The notes under the pieces are model-generated. The model was not told where the DNA came from, ran no database searches, and was given only the letters and a program-made list of their open reading frames with translations. 64,000 bases of DNA from an uncultured delta proteobacterium. Its GTDB lineage: Bacteria; Myxococcota_A; Polyangia; Polyangiales; Polyangiaceae. Shown one piece after another: positions 31,708 through 41,461 of the stretch (positions are counted from its first letter, which is position 1; each line of letters begins with the position of its first letter). The stretch lies in assembly GCA_963806225.1 (NCBI GenBank), contig CAWDXG010000004.1, positions 4,000,001-4,064,000 of the forward strand, read 5' to 3'. The position numbers and the translations under genes were made by a program.

Positions 31708-33522
31708 ATGCATAGGCTCGCCTGGGGGGCACTCGCGTCATTCGGAATCGTGGTCGCGGTGGGGTGCTCGTCGGGCGGTCCCGGCAAGCTTCCCCCGACC
31801 GCCCTCTCGCACCAGGCGATCACGAACGGCAGCCCGGACACGACGCACCAGGGCGTCATGTACCTGCTTGACCATACGCACGGCGCGGCGTGCAGCGGCT
31901 CTGTCGTAGCGGTCAAGAACACCTACGGCTTCCTGCTCACGGCTGCGCACTGCGTGCTGGGCGAGCCGAGCAAGGGCATCCCCGCGCCGTCCATCAGCGA
32001 TCTGGTCGTGATCCAGGGCAATGACTCGCAGACCAGCAAGATCGTCTACCCGGTCGTCGATTTCAAAGCCGACCCCAACTACGACCCGAAAGCCAGCATC
32101 TACGACTTCGCCATGGTGAAGTTCAACGGCGCGGGCACGTCGACGCCGCGCATGAAGCTACTCACGGCGTCCCTCGACAATCTCAAGGCCGGCAGCCCCG
32201 TCGAGTTCGTCGGCTACGGCATCACCGCTTCGGGCCTGAAAGACGGCGGCACGCGCATGCACGTGAACAACACGCTCGCGAACACCGTTGCCGGCCCGGC
32301 CGTGAGCGCGCTGACCGTGACGTACAGCGAGGCGGGCGGCCTCGGCGGCCCGTGCTCCGGCGACAGCGGTGGGCCAGCGCTGTACACGGTGAGCGGCACC
32401 CAGTACGTCGCCGCGGTCACGTCGAGCGGCGACAAGACGTGCAGCCAGTTCGGCATCAGCGGCCGCGTGTCCGCTGTCGTGGACACCTTCATCAACCCCT
32501 ACATCAACGGCACGAGCGGCGGCACGCAGACCTGCGCCCAGTGCCAACAGGCGTCCACCACTGGCGTCGGGTCCTGCTCGCAGAAGGTCACCGACTGCCA
32601 GAACGACACGGACTGCGCGGCTCTGCTGACGTGCTTCAACGGCTGCGCCCAGGGCGACCAGACCTGCATCGACAACTGCGCGAGCCAGCACTCTGCTGGC
32701 GCCGCGATCTACCAGAAGATCGGCGACTGCGTGTGCAGCACGGGCTGCAAGACGGAGTGCGCGTCGGATCCGTCGTGCCAGGCGGCCGCCTGCGGCTTCA
32801 GCTTCAGCGACCAGACCTGCAGCACCTGCATGACCAACAACTGCTGTACCGAGGAGCAGAACTGCAAGAGCGACTCGGCCTGCGTCACCTGCGTCACCTC
32901 GCAGACTCCTGCGGCCAGCTGCAGCTCCAACGCCAACGATACGGCGCTCATGCAGTGCTACAAGGGCAAGTGCTCCGCGCAGTGCGGGATGAAGTGCGGG
33001 TTCTCGTCGGCGAATGCGACCTGCCAGACGTGCTTCGAGAACAGCTGCTGCAGCGAAGCGCAGGCCTGCTCGAAGGATGCCACCTGCACCTCGTGCGTCA
33101 CTTCCGCCAACCCGCCCGCTAGCTGCAACTCCAACGCACTGGCGGCGGCTTTCACCACGTGCGTCTCGAACAACTGCGGCTCGCAGTGCGGTGGCTCCGC
33201 CGGCGGCGCCGGTGGCGCCACGGGCACGGGCGGCGCGGCGGGCGCAGCGGGCAGCAGTGCGGGCGGCGCGACCGGCACGGGCGGCACGGGCGGCGCGATC
33301 GGCACGGGCGGCACGGGCGGCTTCGGCGCGGGCGGCGCGGGCGCAGGGGGCGGCACCGGCGCAGCCGCTGGCGCCACCAACCGCAGCAACAACAACTTCG
33401 GGGCCTCGGGCAGCTGCAGCTGCAGGACCGCCGGCGGCCCGAACCCCAGCGGGTTCGGCTTCATGCTGATGGGTCTGGCCGGTCTCCTGCTGCTACGGCG
33501 GCGGGAGAGCGACGAGAGCTAG
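31708..33522 (+). CDS. Trypsin-like S1 serine protease with Cys-rich repeats and MYXO-CTERM anchor
   Basis: TAAHC, DFA, GDSGGP triad; CxxCxxxxCCxExxxC repeats; C-terminal GSCSC..TM..RRR. Confidence 0.92.
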   Translation: MHRLAWGALASFGIVVAVGCSSGGPGKLPPTALSHQAITNGSPDTTHQGVMYLLDHTHGAACSGSVVAVKNTYGFLLTAAHCVLGEPSKGIPAPSISDLVVIQGNDSQTSKIVYPVVDFKADPNYDPKASIYDFAMVKFNGAGTSTPRMKLLTASLDNLKAGSPVEFVGYGITASGLKDGGTRMHVNNTLANTVAGPAVSALTVTYSEAGGLGGPCSGDSGGPALYTVSGTQYVAAVTSSGDKTCSQFGISGRVSAVVDTFINPYINGTSGGTQTCAQCQQASTTGVGSCSQKVTDCQNDTDCAALLTCFNGCAQGDQTCIDNCASQHSAGAAIYQKIGDCVCSTGCKTECASDPSCQAAACGFSFSDQTCSTCMTNNCCTEEQNCKSDSACVTCVTSQTPAASCSSNANDTALMQCYKGKCSAQCGMKCGFSSANATCQTCFENSCCSEAQACSKDATCTSCVTSANPPASCNSNALAAAFTTCVSNNCGSQCGGSAGGAGGATGTGGAAGAAGSSAGGATGTGGTGGAIGTGGTGGFGAGGAGAGGGTGAAAGATNRSNNNFGASGSCSCRTAGGPNPSGFGFMLMGLAGLLLLRRRESDES

Positions 33523-34007
33523 TCCGCGAACTTCTTCTTCAACGCCTCGCACACTTCCGGCGGCGCGTAGCGACTCGCGTCGCCGCCGTGGCTGGCGATC
33601 TCGCGCACCAGCGAGGCGGAGATGAAGCCGTAGTTCGCGCGCGTCGGCAGGAACACGGTGTCGATCTCCGGCCGGAGGTCGGCATTGGCGTGCGCGATCT
33701 GCAGCTCGTACTCGAAGTCCGTACCGGCGCGCAGGCCGCGCACGATCACCCGCGCGTTGACCTCGTTGCCGAAATCGACGAGCAGCCCGTTGAAGGAGCG
33801 CACCGTGACGTTGTCGTACGGGGCGCAGAGCTTTTCCAGGAGTGCGATCCGCTCGGCGACCGTGAACAGCGGACTGCGGGTCGGATGCCACCCCAGCGCA
33901 ACGATGACGTGGGGAAACAGGCGCGAAGCGCGGTCCACCAGATCGAGGTGTCCGTAGGTCGGGGGGTCGAAGCTCCCGGCGTAGATTGCAGGCTGGTCGC
34001 CGCTCAT
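33519..34007 (-). CDS. coaD: Phosphopantetheine adenylyltransferase
   Basis: YAGSFDPPTYGHLD, RGLR, DFEYE, ISASLVREIA. Confidence 0.97.
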   Translation of the reverse strand: MSGDQPAIYAGSFDPPTYGHLDLVDRASRLFPHVIVALGWHPTRSPLFTVAERIALLEKLCAPYDNVTVRSFNGLLVDFGNEVNARVIVRGLRAGTDFEYELQIAHANADLRPEIDTVFLPTRANYGFISASLVREIASHGGDASRYAPPEVCEALKKKFAD

Positions 34008-34055
34008 GTCAGGGGCAGCTTAGCCAATCCTGGGCCGGGACCAAGCCCGGGCTTT

Positions 34056-35525
34056 TCACCTACGGCTCGACGAGGGGCCGGGATTGCCGTGATGCGGCTG
34101 CGGCGCCTTGCCGGCGGGGGGCGGAGACAGGCTGGGAGCCTGGAGCTCCGGAGCCGCCGGCTTCTCCTCGCCGGGCAGAGCCTCGCCGGGAGGCGGAGCC
34201 CCCGAGGGCGGCGTCAGCTGCAGCTGGCCACCCTGTTGCGGCGGGGGCCGGCGACGCGCGCCGAGCGCCGCAGGATTGTCCTCCAACCACATGGTGCGCC
34301 CGTCGTCGACCAGCGTTACGCGGAACGCCGCCAGCAGGCCCGAGCCGACCAGCCCGTCGAGATGCACGCCCAGACCGTCCTCGAGCTCCTTGACCGGGGC
34401 GCCGTACACCGCAGGCACGCTCGGCACCTGGAACGCACCCACCCGCAGCAGCGGCAGCACGCCGTGGCGCAAGCCGCCGGCATCCGGCACCGGCTGGAGC
34501 GTCGACAGCGCCACGCCAGCCTTCTTCCAACCGGCCTTGTCGAGCGCAACGGGAAACGTCATCGACGTGTCGACAAGCAGCGAGCCCAGCTCCGGCGACT
34601 CGCCCTGGCCGAAACCGCCGCGCATCACCATGCCGCCGCCTCGCACGTAGGCCAGCTTCACCGTGGTCGCATGCGGCGGGGGTGGCGGCTCGAAGGTGCG
34701 GACCACGAACTGGCTGCCCGCGAAGTCGAAGGTGCAGTGCAGGTGCCGGAGCAGATTCACCCCGATGAGCATCTTGATCGGCGCGTTCAGCTGCCGGGAA
34801 ATTCCGCTCAGATCCTTCGGCAGCGCGGGTACGTCCTTGACTTCGATGCTGCTCTTGCTGCCGAAGCGGAGCGAGACCCAGGACGGCTCGCCGTTGCCTC
34901 CACTGCTGTCGAGGAAGGCCTCCGCGGTACCCGTCGCGATCAAGCCCAGGCCCGGCTCGCCGTTGACCTCGAGCGGAACGACCAGCGAGGTCGAAGCCAC
35001 CTGGGGCATCTCGGTGACCGCAACCAGCCCGCCGCTCATGCTGAACGGCTTCCGGCCCGTACCGAGGCGCGCCAGCTTGGCCACCTGCTGGGCCCAGGGG
35101 TCGCGCACGTCCGGATCGGACAGCAACGCTTCCAGCTCGTCGGCTGCCGCGTCCAGCTTGCCCGAGTACCAGAGCGCACGACCGCGGATACCGCGGGCCT
35201 CGCCGCTGTTCAGGCCCTGGAGGAGCTGGATGGCGCGATCGTACTGCAGGCGGGCGAGGGCGATGTGGGCAGCGAGCAGGCGGATCTTCGTGCGGTGCGG
35301 ATCGATGCGAAGCGCGTTGTCGACGGCCTGCTGCGCGTCGTCGATATCAACCCGGTGGTAGCTGGCGTCGGCGCGGTCGAACCACTTCTTCGCCATCGGC
35401 GGCCAGCTCGCCTCGCCCGGTCCGACGCCGCCGCAAGCCGTGACGGACAGCAGGAGAGCGCCCAACACCGCCAGCAGCAGAGCTCGCGATGCATGGCCGG
35501 CGCGGGGCTTGGAAAGCAGCTGCAT
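34056..35525 (-). CDS. TPR + tandem retropepsin-like domain lipoprotein
   Basis: Lipobox VTAC; TPR helices; VNGE..LIATG, IGVNLL, LVDTS, VGSGLL. Confidence 0.7.
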   Translation of the reverse strand: MQLLSKPRAGHASRALLLAVLGALLLSVTACGGVGPGEASWPPMAKKWFDRADASYHRVDIDDAQQAVDNALRIDPHRTKIRLLAAHIALARLQYDRAIQLLQGLNSGEARGIRGRALWYSGKLDAAADELEALLSDPDVRDPWAQQVAKLARLGTGRKPFSMSGGLVAVTEMPQVASTSLVVPLEVNGEPGLGLIATGTAEAFLDSSGGNGEPSWVSLRFGSKSSIEVKDVPALPKDLSGISRQLNAPIKMLIGVNLLRHLHCTFDFAGSQFVVRTFEPPPPPHATTVKLAYVRGGGMVMRGGFGQGESPELGSLLVDTSMTFPVALDKAGWKKAGVALSTLQPVPDAGGLRHGVLPLLRVGAFQVPSVPAVYGAPVKELEDGLGVHLDGLVGSGLLAAFRVTLVDDGRTMWLEDNPAALGARRRPPPQQGGQLQLTPPSGAPPPGEALPGEEKPAAPELQAPSLSPPPAGKAPQPHHGNPGPSSSRR

Positions 35526-35783
35526 TTGCGTCAATCGATGCCTGGTACGCGGGAAGCTGCTCGGCCACGCCGGGCGGGCGTGGCGGCGTTCCGCCGCGAC
35601 GCGGCACGGGATAGCCTATTGTCGGCGTGAGGTCGAGGGCCAGGCGGGCCCCACCCGGCCGGCGCCTTCCGGGCGTGCTTGCCCGGGATGGCGAGGCGTC
35701 GTCCTGCGCCGCTGACCCCCGCGGGATCGCACCGGATCCCCGGCCGGTCCCAACCCGCCGACCGCGTGCTAAGCTGTCTCTTC

Positions 35784-36401
35784 GTGGAGCAGTCGGCGAG
35801 CGCCCCAAGGCCCCGGCACGCGGGGCGAAAAGACGTGCTGGCGCTCCCGGTGCTGCTCCTGAACCGGTTTTTCGCGCCCGTCTGCCTGACCACGGCGCGG
35901 CGCGCTGTCGTGCTGCTGTACGGCGGCTCGGCGCTCGCGCTCGACGAGCTCGGCGAGCCGCACGATTTCGGCACCTGGCGCGAGCTGCCGGTGCGGGACG
36001 CCGACGACAGGCTGCCCCTGGTCGGCGGCGAGCTGAGGATTCCGCGCGTGCTGCACCTGCTTCGCTACGACCGCTCGCCGCGGCTGGCGATCCGCTTGAC
36101 GCGCCGCAACCTGATGCTCCGCGACGACCACCAGTGCCAGTACTGCGGGCGGCGGCCGGGCCTGCGCGATCTGAACGTGGATCACGTGCTGCCCCGCTCG
36201 CGGGGCGGCGCCGACAGCTGGGAAAACCTCGTGGTTTCCTGTCGCAGCTGCAACCTGAAGAAGGGCCGCCGGACCCCGGAGGAAGCCGGGATGCGGCTGC
36301 TCCGCACACCCCACAAGCCGCGCTGGTCCACGACTGCCCACATCCTGATGGCCACCCGCGAGCCGTTCATGGAGTGGCAGCCTTTTCTCAAGGCCGGCTA
36401 G
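35784..36401 (+). CDS. HNH endonuclease (McrA-like)
   Basis: RDDHQCQYCG, NVDHVLPRSRGGADSWENLVVSCRSCNLKKG; start placed at the GTG 8 nt after a TAAGCT box. Confidence 0.9.
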   Translation: MEQSASAPRPRHAGRKDVLALPVLLLNRFFAPVCLTTARRAVVLLYGGSALALDELGEPHDFGTWRELPVRDADDRLPLVGGELRIPRVLHLLRYDRSPRLAIRLTRRNLMLRDDHQCQYCGRRPGLRDLNVDHVLPRSRGGADSWENLVVSCRSCNLKKGRRTPEEAGMRLLRTPHKPRWSTTAHILMATREPFMEWQPFLKAG

Positions 36402-36473
36402 TCCGGAGCCCGGCGGCAGAGCGGGCGCAGATCGGCGCAATCCACAGCGAGGCCCTGGGGTAGTATGCGGGCC

Positions 36474-37046
36474 ATGAAGGTCTGCACCTACACCAACCTG
36501 GGCGCGGCAAGCGCCTTGTTCCTGGTCCTTGGCTTTGCCGCGTGCGCGGGCAACAAGCCTGCGCCACCTGCGACGCCGGCCGACGCGCCCGCCTCGTCCG
36601 CCTCCGCTGCGCCTGCTGCCGACGCGCCGGCGGCGACCGACGACAGCGCCGCTGGCAACGACTCCACTGCGCCGGACGAGGGAGCTGGCGACAGCGCGGG
36701 TGGCGGCATGGGCAAGACACCCGAGCCGGGCAAGGGCAACACCAAGGAAACCCGCACCACCGAGGTGATCGCGCAGATCATCAAGGACCACCGCAAGCCG
36801 TTCCGCGCCTGCTACGACAAGGCGCACAAGCAGCTGCCCAACCTCAAGGGCAACATGACGCTGCATTTCGTCCTCGACCCCGCGGGCAAGGTGAAGAGCG
36901 CGGAGCTCAACATCGAGCGCAGCGACATCAAGGCCCCTCTTGCCGTGGATTGCGCCATCAAGGAGCTGAAGAAGCTGGAGTTCCCGGCTTCGTCGCGGGG
37001 CATGCAGTCCGAGGTGAACTACCCGTTCAACTTCAAGCCGCACTGA
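36474..37046 (+). CDS. AgmX/PglI (TonB C-terminal-like) domain lipoprotein
   Basis: Lipobox FAAC; FRACY..GNMTLHFVLDPAGKV..C..FP..VNYPFNF. Confidence 0.8.
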   Translation: MKVCTYTNLGAASALFLVLGFAACAGNKPAPPATPADAPASSASAAPAADAPAATDDSAAGNDSTAPDEGAGDSAGGGMGKTPEPGKGNTKETRTTEVIAQIIKDHRKPFRACYDKAHKQLPNLKGNMTLHFVLDPAGKVKSAELNIERSDIKAPLAVDCAIKELKKLEFPASSRGMQSEVNYPFNFKPH

Positions 37047-37106
37047 AGGGCCCGGGAGCGCATGCTTCCGGGGCGCTGCCGCGCTATGACGGGGCCGGCG
37101 CCCCGC

Positions 37107-37122
37107 TGGCATGCGCGCTGCA
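37107..37122 (+). promoter_or_regulatory. Putative sigma54 -24/-12 promoter
   Basis: TGGCATG-CGCG-CTGCA with GG-N10-GC spacing, just before the MMPL ATG. Confidence 0.5.
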
Positions 37123-37137
37123 CAAGCCAGGCCGACG

Positions 37138-39708
37138 ATGCGGAAAAGACCGCTCGAACCCCTCCTCCTCAAGCTAGCCGACTACCAGATCCGGCGGCCG
37201 TGGCTCGTCGTGCTGGCGGTCTTTCTGTCTTTGATTCCGGCAGCTTGGGGCACGATGCACCTGGCGCTGAAGACCGGCTTCAGCGAGCTCTTGCCCGACT
37301 CGAAGCCGAGTGTCGTCGAAATGCGACGCGTGAACAAGCGGCTCGCCGGCATGTCCACGCTGACCATCGTCGCAGAGGGGCGCGACAAGAAGTCGCTGGA
37401 ACGCTTCATCGACGAGATGTCGCCGAGGCTGCGCAAGCTTGGCCCGAAGTACGTCGCCGGCGTGGACGACGGCACCCGGGCGGTGCGTCGGTTCTTCAAC
37501 GAGTACAAGTATCTGTACGCCAGCCTCCCGGAGCTCCAGAAGCTCCGCGACGACGTCGTGGCCCGCTACGACTACGAGGTCGGCAAGAAGTCTGGCTTCG
37601 ACCTCGGGCTGGGCGACGCAGCCGAGCCCCCCGAGATCACCGCGTCTTCCCTGAAGGAGCGCTTCCAGAAGAAGGTCGACGAGGCGAAGAAGAAGGAGCG
37701 CGGAGTCGACGGCTACTACATCGGCGAGCACGATCACCTGGGCGTCATCCTGGTGCGCACTCCGCTCGGCAGCGGTGATCCGAAGGCGTTCGAGCTCGAG
37801 CAGAAGATCCGCGGCCTCGTCAAACAGATCAATCCGCACAGCTGGGACCCGACACTCGAGGTCGAGTTCACTGGCAACCTGATCACCAGCGCCGAGGAGC
37901 ATCGCGCGGTGACGCAGGATCTCGCCCACGTGGGCATCTGGGGCGTGGGGCTGATCCTCGGCGTGGTGTTCCTGTTCTTCCTCAGGGTCCGCACGCTCCT
38001 GTCGATGACGTTCACCATCGCGACCGGCTGCATCTGGTCGTTCGGGATGGCGTATCTGACCGTCGGCTACCTGAACATGGCGACGGGCTTCCTCGTCAGC
38101 ATCATCGCGGGCAACGGCATCAATTTCGGCATCATCTTCATGGCGCGCTATATCGAAGCGCGGCGCGACGAGAAGCTGAAAGTGCCGGATGCGATCCGCG
38201 AGACGCACCGCGACACCCACACCGCCACACTGGCTGCCGCCGGTGCCGCCATGATCGCCTACGGCTCTCTGGCGGTGACGGACTTCAGGGGCTTCAAGCA
38301 CTTCGGCATCATCGGCGGCGCCGGCATGCTCTTGTGCTGGATAGCAACGTACGTGCTGCTCCCCGCGATCCTCGTCATCAGCGAGCGCTACTCGCCCATG
38401 TTCGAGAGCGGGCCCGCCTGGCGCGCCAAGCTCAAGGGGATCTACGGCTATCCGTTCGCCTTCGTGGCGCGGCGCTTCCCGCGCGCCATCGCCAGCCTCG
38501 GGCTGGTGCTGGGCGCGGTCTCTGTCGTGCTTGCAGCGCGCTACTTCCTGCACGACCCGATGGAATACAACCTCCGGAACGTGCGGAACGACCACCACTC
38601 GCCCACGTCGGCGGGGCGCCTGTCGGTGCGCGTCGACGCGATCATCGGCCGGCTCGGCCAGGACGGGCGCGCCATCCTCACCGAGCGGCTCGATCAGGTC
38701 AAACCGCTGATCAAGGTGCTCGATGCGCGTCGCGACGCGGCGCCGGCCGGCAAGAAGCCATTCAACAAGGTCGTCAGCATCTTCGATCTGATGCCGACCC
38801 AGCAGCAGAAGAAGCTCGCGCTGCTCCACACCATCCGCGACCGGATGGACCGCGCACGCAAACACGGCTTCATCAACGACGCCGACTGGAAGAAGCTGCA
38901 GAAGCAGCTGCCCGCGAAGCTCTCCACGATCACTCTCGCGGACCTGCCGGACCAGGTCGCCCGCCCCTTCCAGGAAGCGGACGGCACGCGGGGCCGCATC
39001 GTGTACATCGTGCCGTCCGACGGTCGCAGCATCTACGACGCGCACTATCTGATGCAGTGGGCCGACAGCTTCCGCAAGGTCACGTTGCCGAACGGCGACG
39101 TGATCCGCGGCACCGGCGATCCGGTCATCTTCTCCGACATGCTGATCAGCATCGGGCAGGACGCACCCAAGGCGATCTTCCTGAGCCTGCTCGGCACGAT
39201 CCTGGTCGTGCTGGTGGCGTTCCGCGGCCGGGCTTCGGGCTGGCTGGCGCTCGGGACGCTGCTGATCGGCCTGTCGTGGCTGGTCGCGTTCCTGGCGCTA
39301 CGCGACATCAAGCTGAATTTCCTCAACTTTGTCGCACTCCCGATCAGTATCGGGGTGGGAGCAGACTACGTCGTCAACGTGATGAAGCGACGGCAGCTCG
39401 AGGGCGATTCGCAACTCTACCGCGTGTTCGTCGAAACAGGCGGCGCGGTCGTACTCTGTTCGCTCACCACCACGCTCGGCTACATCGCGCTCACGCTGTC
39501 CATCAACGGCGCGGTACGGAGCTTCGGGCTGGCTGCCGCGGTCGGCGAGGTCACCACCCTGGCCGCCGCGATGCTGGTGCTTCCCGCCTTCTTGTTCTGG
39601 CGCGCCAAACGCAAGCGCGTGCCGATCGCGACGCTGCCCGACGGCGTCGTGCCGGACTCCTTCCGGCCGCACCACCGGCGCGCGGCGGCCGCACGGGACG
39701 GCGAGTAG
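37138..39708 (+). CDS. MMPL/RND family transporter
   Basis: Two 1+5 TM halves with large loops; GNGINFGI and GVGADY. Confidence 0.9.
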   Translation: MRKRPLEPLLLKLADYQIRRPWLVVLAVFLSLIPAAWGTMHLALKTGFSELLPDSKPSVVEMRRVNKRLAGMSTLTIVAEGRDKKSLERFIDEMSPRLRKLGPKYVAGVDDGTRAVRRFFNEYKYLYASLPELQKLRDDVVARYDYEVGKKSGFDLGLGDAAEPPEITASSLKERFQKKVDEAKKKERGVDGYYIGEHDHLGVILVRTPLGSGDPKAFELEQKIRGLVKQINPHSWDPTLEVEFTGNLITSAEEHRAVTQDLAHVGIWGVGLILGVVFLFFLRVRTLLSMTFTIATGCIWSFGMAYLTVGYLNMATGFLVSIIAGNGINFGIIFMARYIEARRDEKLKVPDAIRETHRDTHTATLAAAGAAMIAYGSLAVTDFRGFKHFGIIGGAGMLLCWIATYVLLPAILVISERYSPMFESGPAWRAKLKGIYGYPFAFVARRFPRAIASLGLVLGAVSVVLAARYFLHDPMEYNLRNVRNDHHSPTSAGRLSVRVDAIIGRLGQDGRAILTERLDQVKPLIKVLDARRDAAPAGKKPFNKVVSIFDLMPTQQQKKLALLHTIRDRMDRARKHGFINDADWKKLQKQLPAKLSTITLADLPDQVARPFQEADGTRGRIVYIVPSDGRSIYDAHYLMQWADSFRKVTLPNGDVIRGTGDPVIFSDMLISIGQDAPKAIFLSLLGTILVVLVAFRGRASGWLALGTLLIGLSWLVAFLALRDIKLNFLNFVALPISIGVGADYVVNVMKRRQLEGDSQLYRVFVETGGAVVLCSLTTTLGYIALTLSINGAVRSFGLAAAVGEVTTLAAAMLVLPAFLFWRAKRKRVPIATLPDGVVPDSFRPHHRRAAAARDGE

Positions 39709-39714
39709 CAGCCG

Positions 39715-41322
39715 ATGTCCGACGCTCCGCTCAGGGGACGCGCGCTGTCCTCGCTGCCGCCCAGCGACCCGTACAGCGTCCTGCTCAGCGGCACGCGTGC
39801 GCTGCGCCGGGAAGAACGCGCCGCGCGTGACGAGTGGTTCCAGGCGCTGAACGTCGACGGCAAGGACGAGATCCTGTTCGAGCTCGAGGTGCTGCTCAAG
39901 GCCAGCGCCTGCTTCGCCAATCCCCGCAATCACCCGGGCCCGCCGCGCCGCACTCCGGTGGTGGCGCAGGACTTCCGCGAAGCCACGTTGATCTTCCGCG
40001 ACGGAACGCAACGCGCCCTCGCACTTGGACGGCAGCTGCTCGGCCCGCGCGATCGCGCTTTCGTGTTCCACCGCTATCTGGAGACGATGCTGCCCGAGGA
40101 CACCCTGCGCGCGCAGCTAGCCCGCGAAGGCAGCCGTCAGTCCACGCCCGGTGAGGGCCTGATCGCGCTTAGACATGGCCTGTCCAGCCTGAACGAGGTG
40201 GTGGAGGGCGTACTGCGCGCGCAGCGCGTTCCGTTCCGGTTGTTCTATGCGGTGCTGTCCACCATGCAGCGCGAGGTCGGGCGGAACGCCTTCTTCAATC
40301 CGCTGACTGCGCTCGAATTCCGCCCGGAGTTCGATCGCATCAAGTCCAGCCAGGTTCTCGAGCTGATCCGCAGCGTCCCCGGAGACGAAGCCCACCGGCT
40401 GGTCGCACTGACGTTTCTGTCGCTGTTCCGCATGCTGCGCTACCTGCGCCTTCTCACGCGCATCTCGGTGGAATCGGGCGGGCGCCGGCGCCGCGCCGCA
40501 GGGCGTGCCTACCTCGTGCTGTCGGTGCTGCGTTCGGACGCACGCGCGCTCAGCGACTACCTCAGGCGCCGCTCCGGCGGCCTGCTCGCCCAGAGCTTCG
40601 AGCGCGATCTGTTCCTCGTTCCGGCAAGCGGGATCCGCGAGCGCTCGGCTTCACTCAGGGCTTCCGGGCATCGCCTGATCGCCATCAAGAGCGCGCTCGA
40701 AGGCATTGCCGGCAATCTACGACTCGAGATGCGGCGCGCGTTCCAGCATGACCTGCCAGCGCCCGACGCGATGCCCAGCGATCACGAGTTCCGTGCCGCG
40801 CTGCAGGCGAGCGTCGGCACCCTGCGCCCCGCGCTGCGCAACGCGATCCTGTTCCTCGGCAAGGCGCTCGGCGTGAGCCTGGAGGAGGGCGGCGTCTTCG
40901 ACGACCAGGCAGCACGACGCGAGACCAGCGAACGGCTTCGGCGGGACGTCTGGATGTTCGGACAGATCGTCCGCGCTTTTTCGACGAAGGCGCAGCACTC
41001 GCCCGCCGATGACCGCTGGAGCGCCCTGCACGGCTTCCAGTACGTCCGCGAGTTCCTCGCCTACTTCCGCGCCATGGGCTACCCGCTGCTCCGCAGCACG
41101 GACTACCCGCGTTTCGACGCGTTCATGGCGGCCATGAGCCGGCTTCAGGATACGGACCTGGTCGATCCGTCGCGCCTGGAGGACGCGATCGACGAGTGCG
41201 TCGCGTTCCACAGCTTCCTGCAGCAGCTGTTCGAGGACATCTCCAAGCGGGACGTGCTGGAAGGTATCCGCTTCGACCGCCGCGCCGCGGCGGAGAGCCT
41301 GAAGCTCTACCTCGGCGACTAG
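39715..41322 (+). CDS. Hypothetical all-alpha cytoplasmic protein
   Basis: 535-aa ORF with host-like GC3 bias, 6 nt after the MMPL stop. Confidence 0.75.
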   Translation: MSDAPLRGRALSSLPPSDPYSVLLSGTRALRREERAARDEWFQALNVDGKDEILFELEVLLKASACFANPRNHPGPPRRTPVVAQDFREATLIFRDGTQRALALGRQLLGPRDRAFVFHRYLETMLPEDTLRAQLAREGSRQSTPGEGLIALRHGLSSLNEVVEGVLRAQRVPFRLFYAVLSTMQREVGRNAFFNPLTALEFRPEFDRIKSSQVLELIRSVPGDEAHRLVALTFLSLFRMLRYLRLLTRISVESGGRRRRAAGRAYLVLSVLRSDARALSDYLRRRSGGLLAQSFERDLFLVPASGIRERSASLRASGHRLIAIKSALEGIAGNLRLEMRRAFQHDLPAPDAMPSDHEFRAALQASVGTLRPALRNAILFLGKALGVSLEEGGVFDDQAARRETSERLRRDVWMFGQIVRAFSTKAQHSPADDRWSALHGFQYVREFLAYFRAMGYPLLRSTDYPRFDAFMAAMSRLQDTDLVDPSRLEDAIDECVAFHSFLQQLFEDISKRDVLEGIRFDRRAAAESLKLYLGD

Positions 41323-41461
41323 CGCTGCTCTGGTGCCGGGTCGCACGCGCCACGCCGGTAGTCCGGCGTGGGCTCAAGCGACAAGCAAGTGACAAGCCGT
41401 CACCCGGGGGGCGGGTGGCGGAAAAGTGAGGGCAGAGCGCGAACTCGGGCTGCGCTCTGTC

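Noticed and set aside
35784..36401. HNH nuclease as an IscB/Cas9-like or RM partner of the MTase
   Set aside because: A common standalone ~200-aa family with no RuvC motifs, no array, and about 9 kb from the MTase
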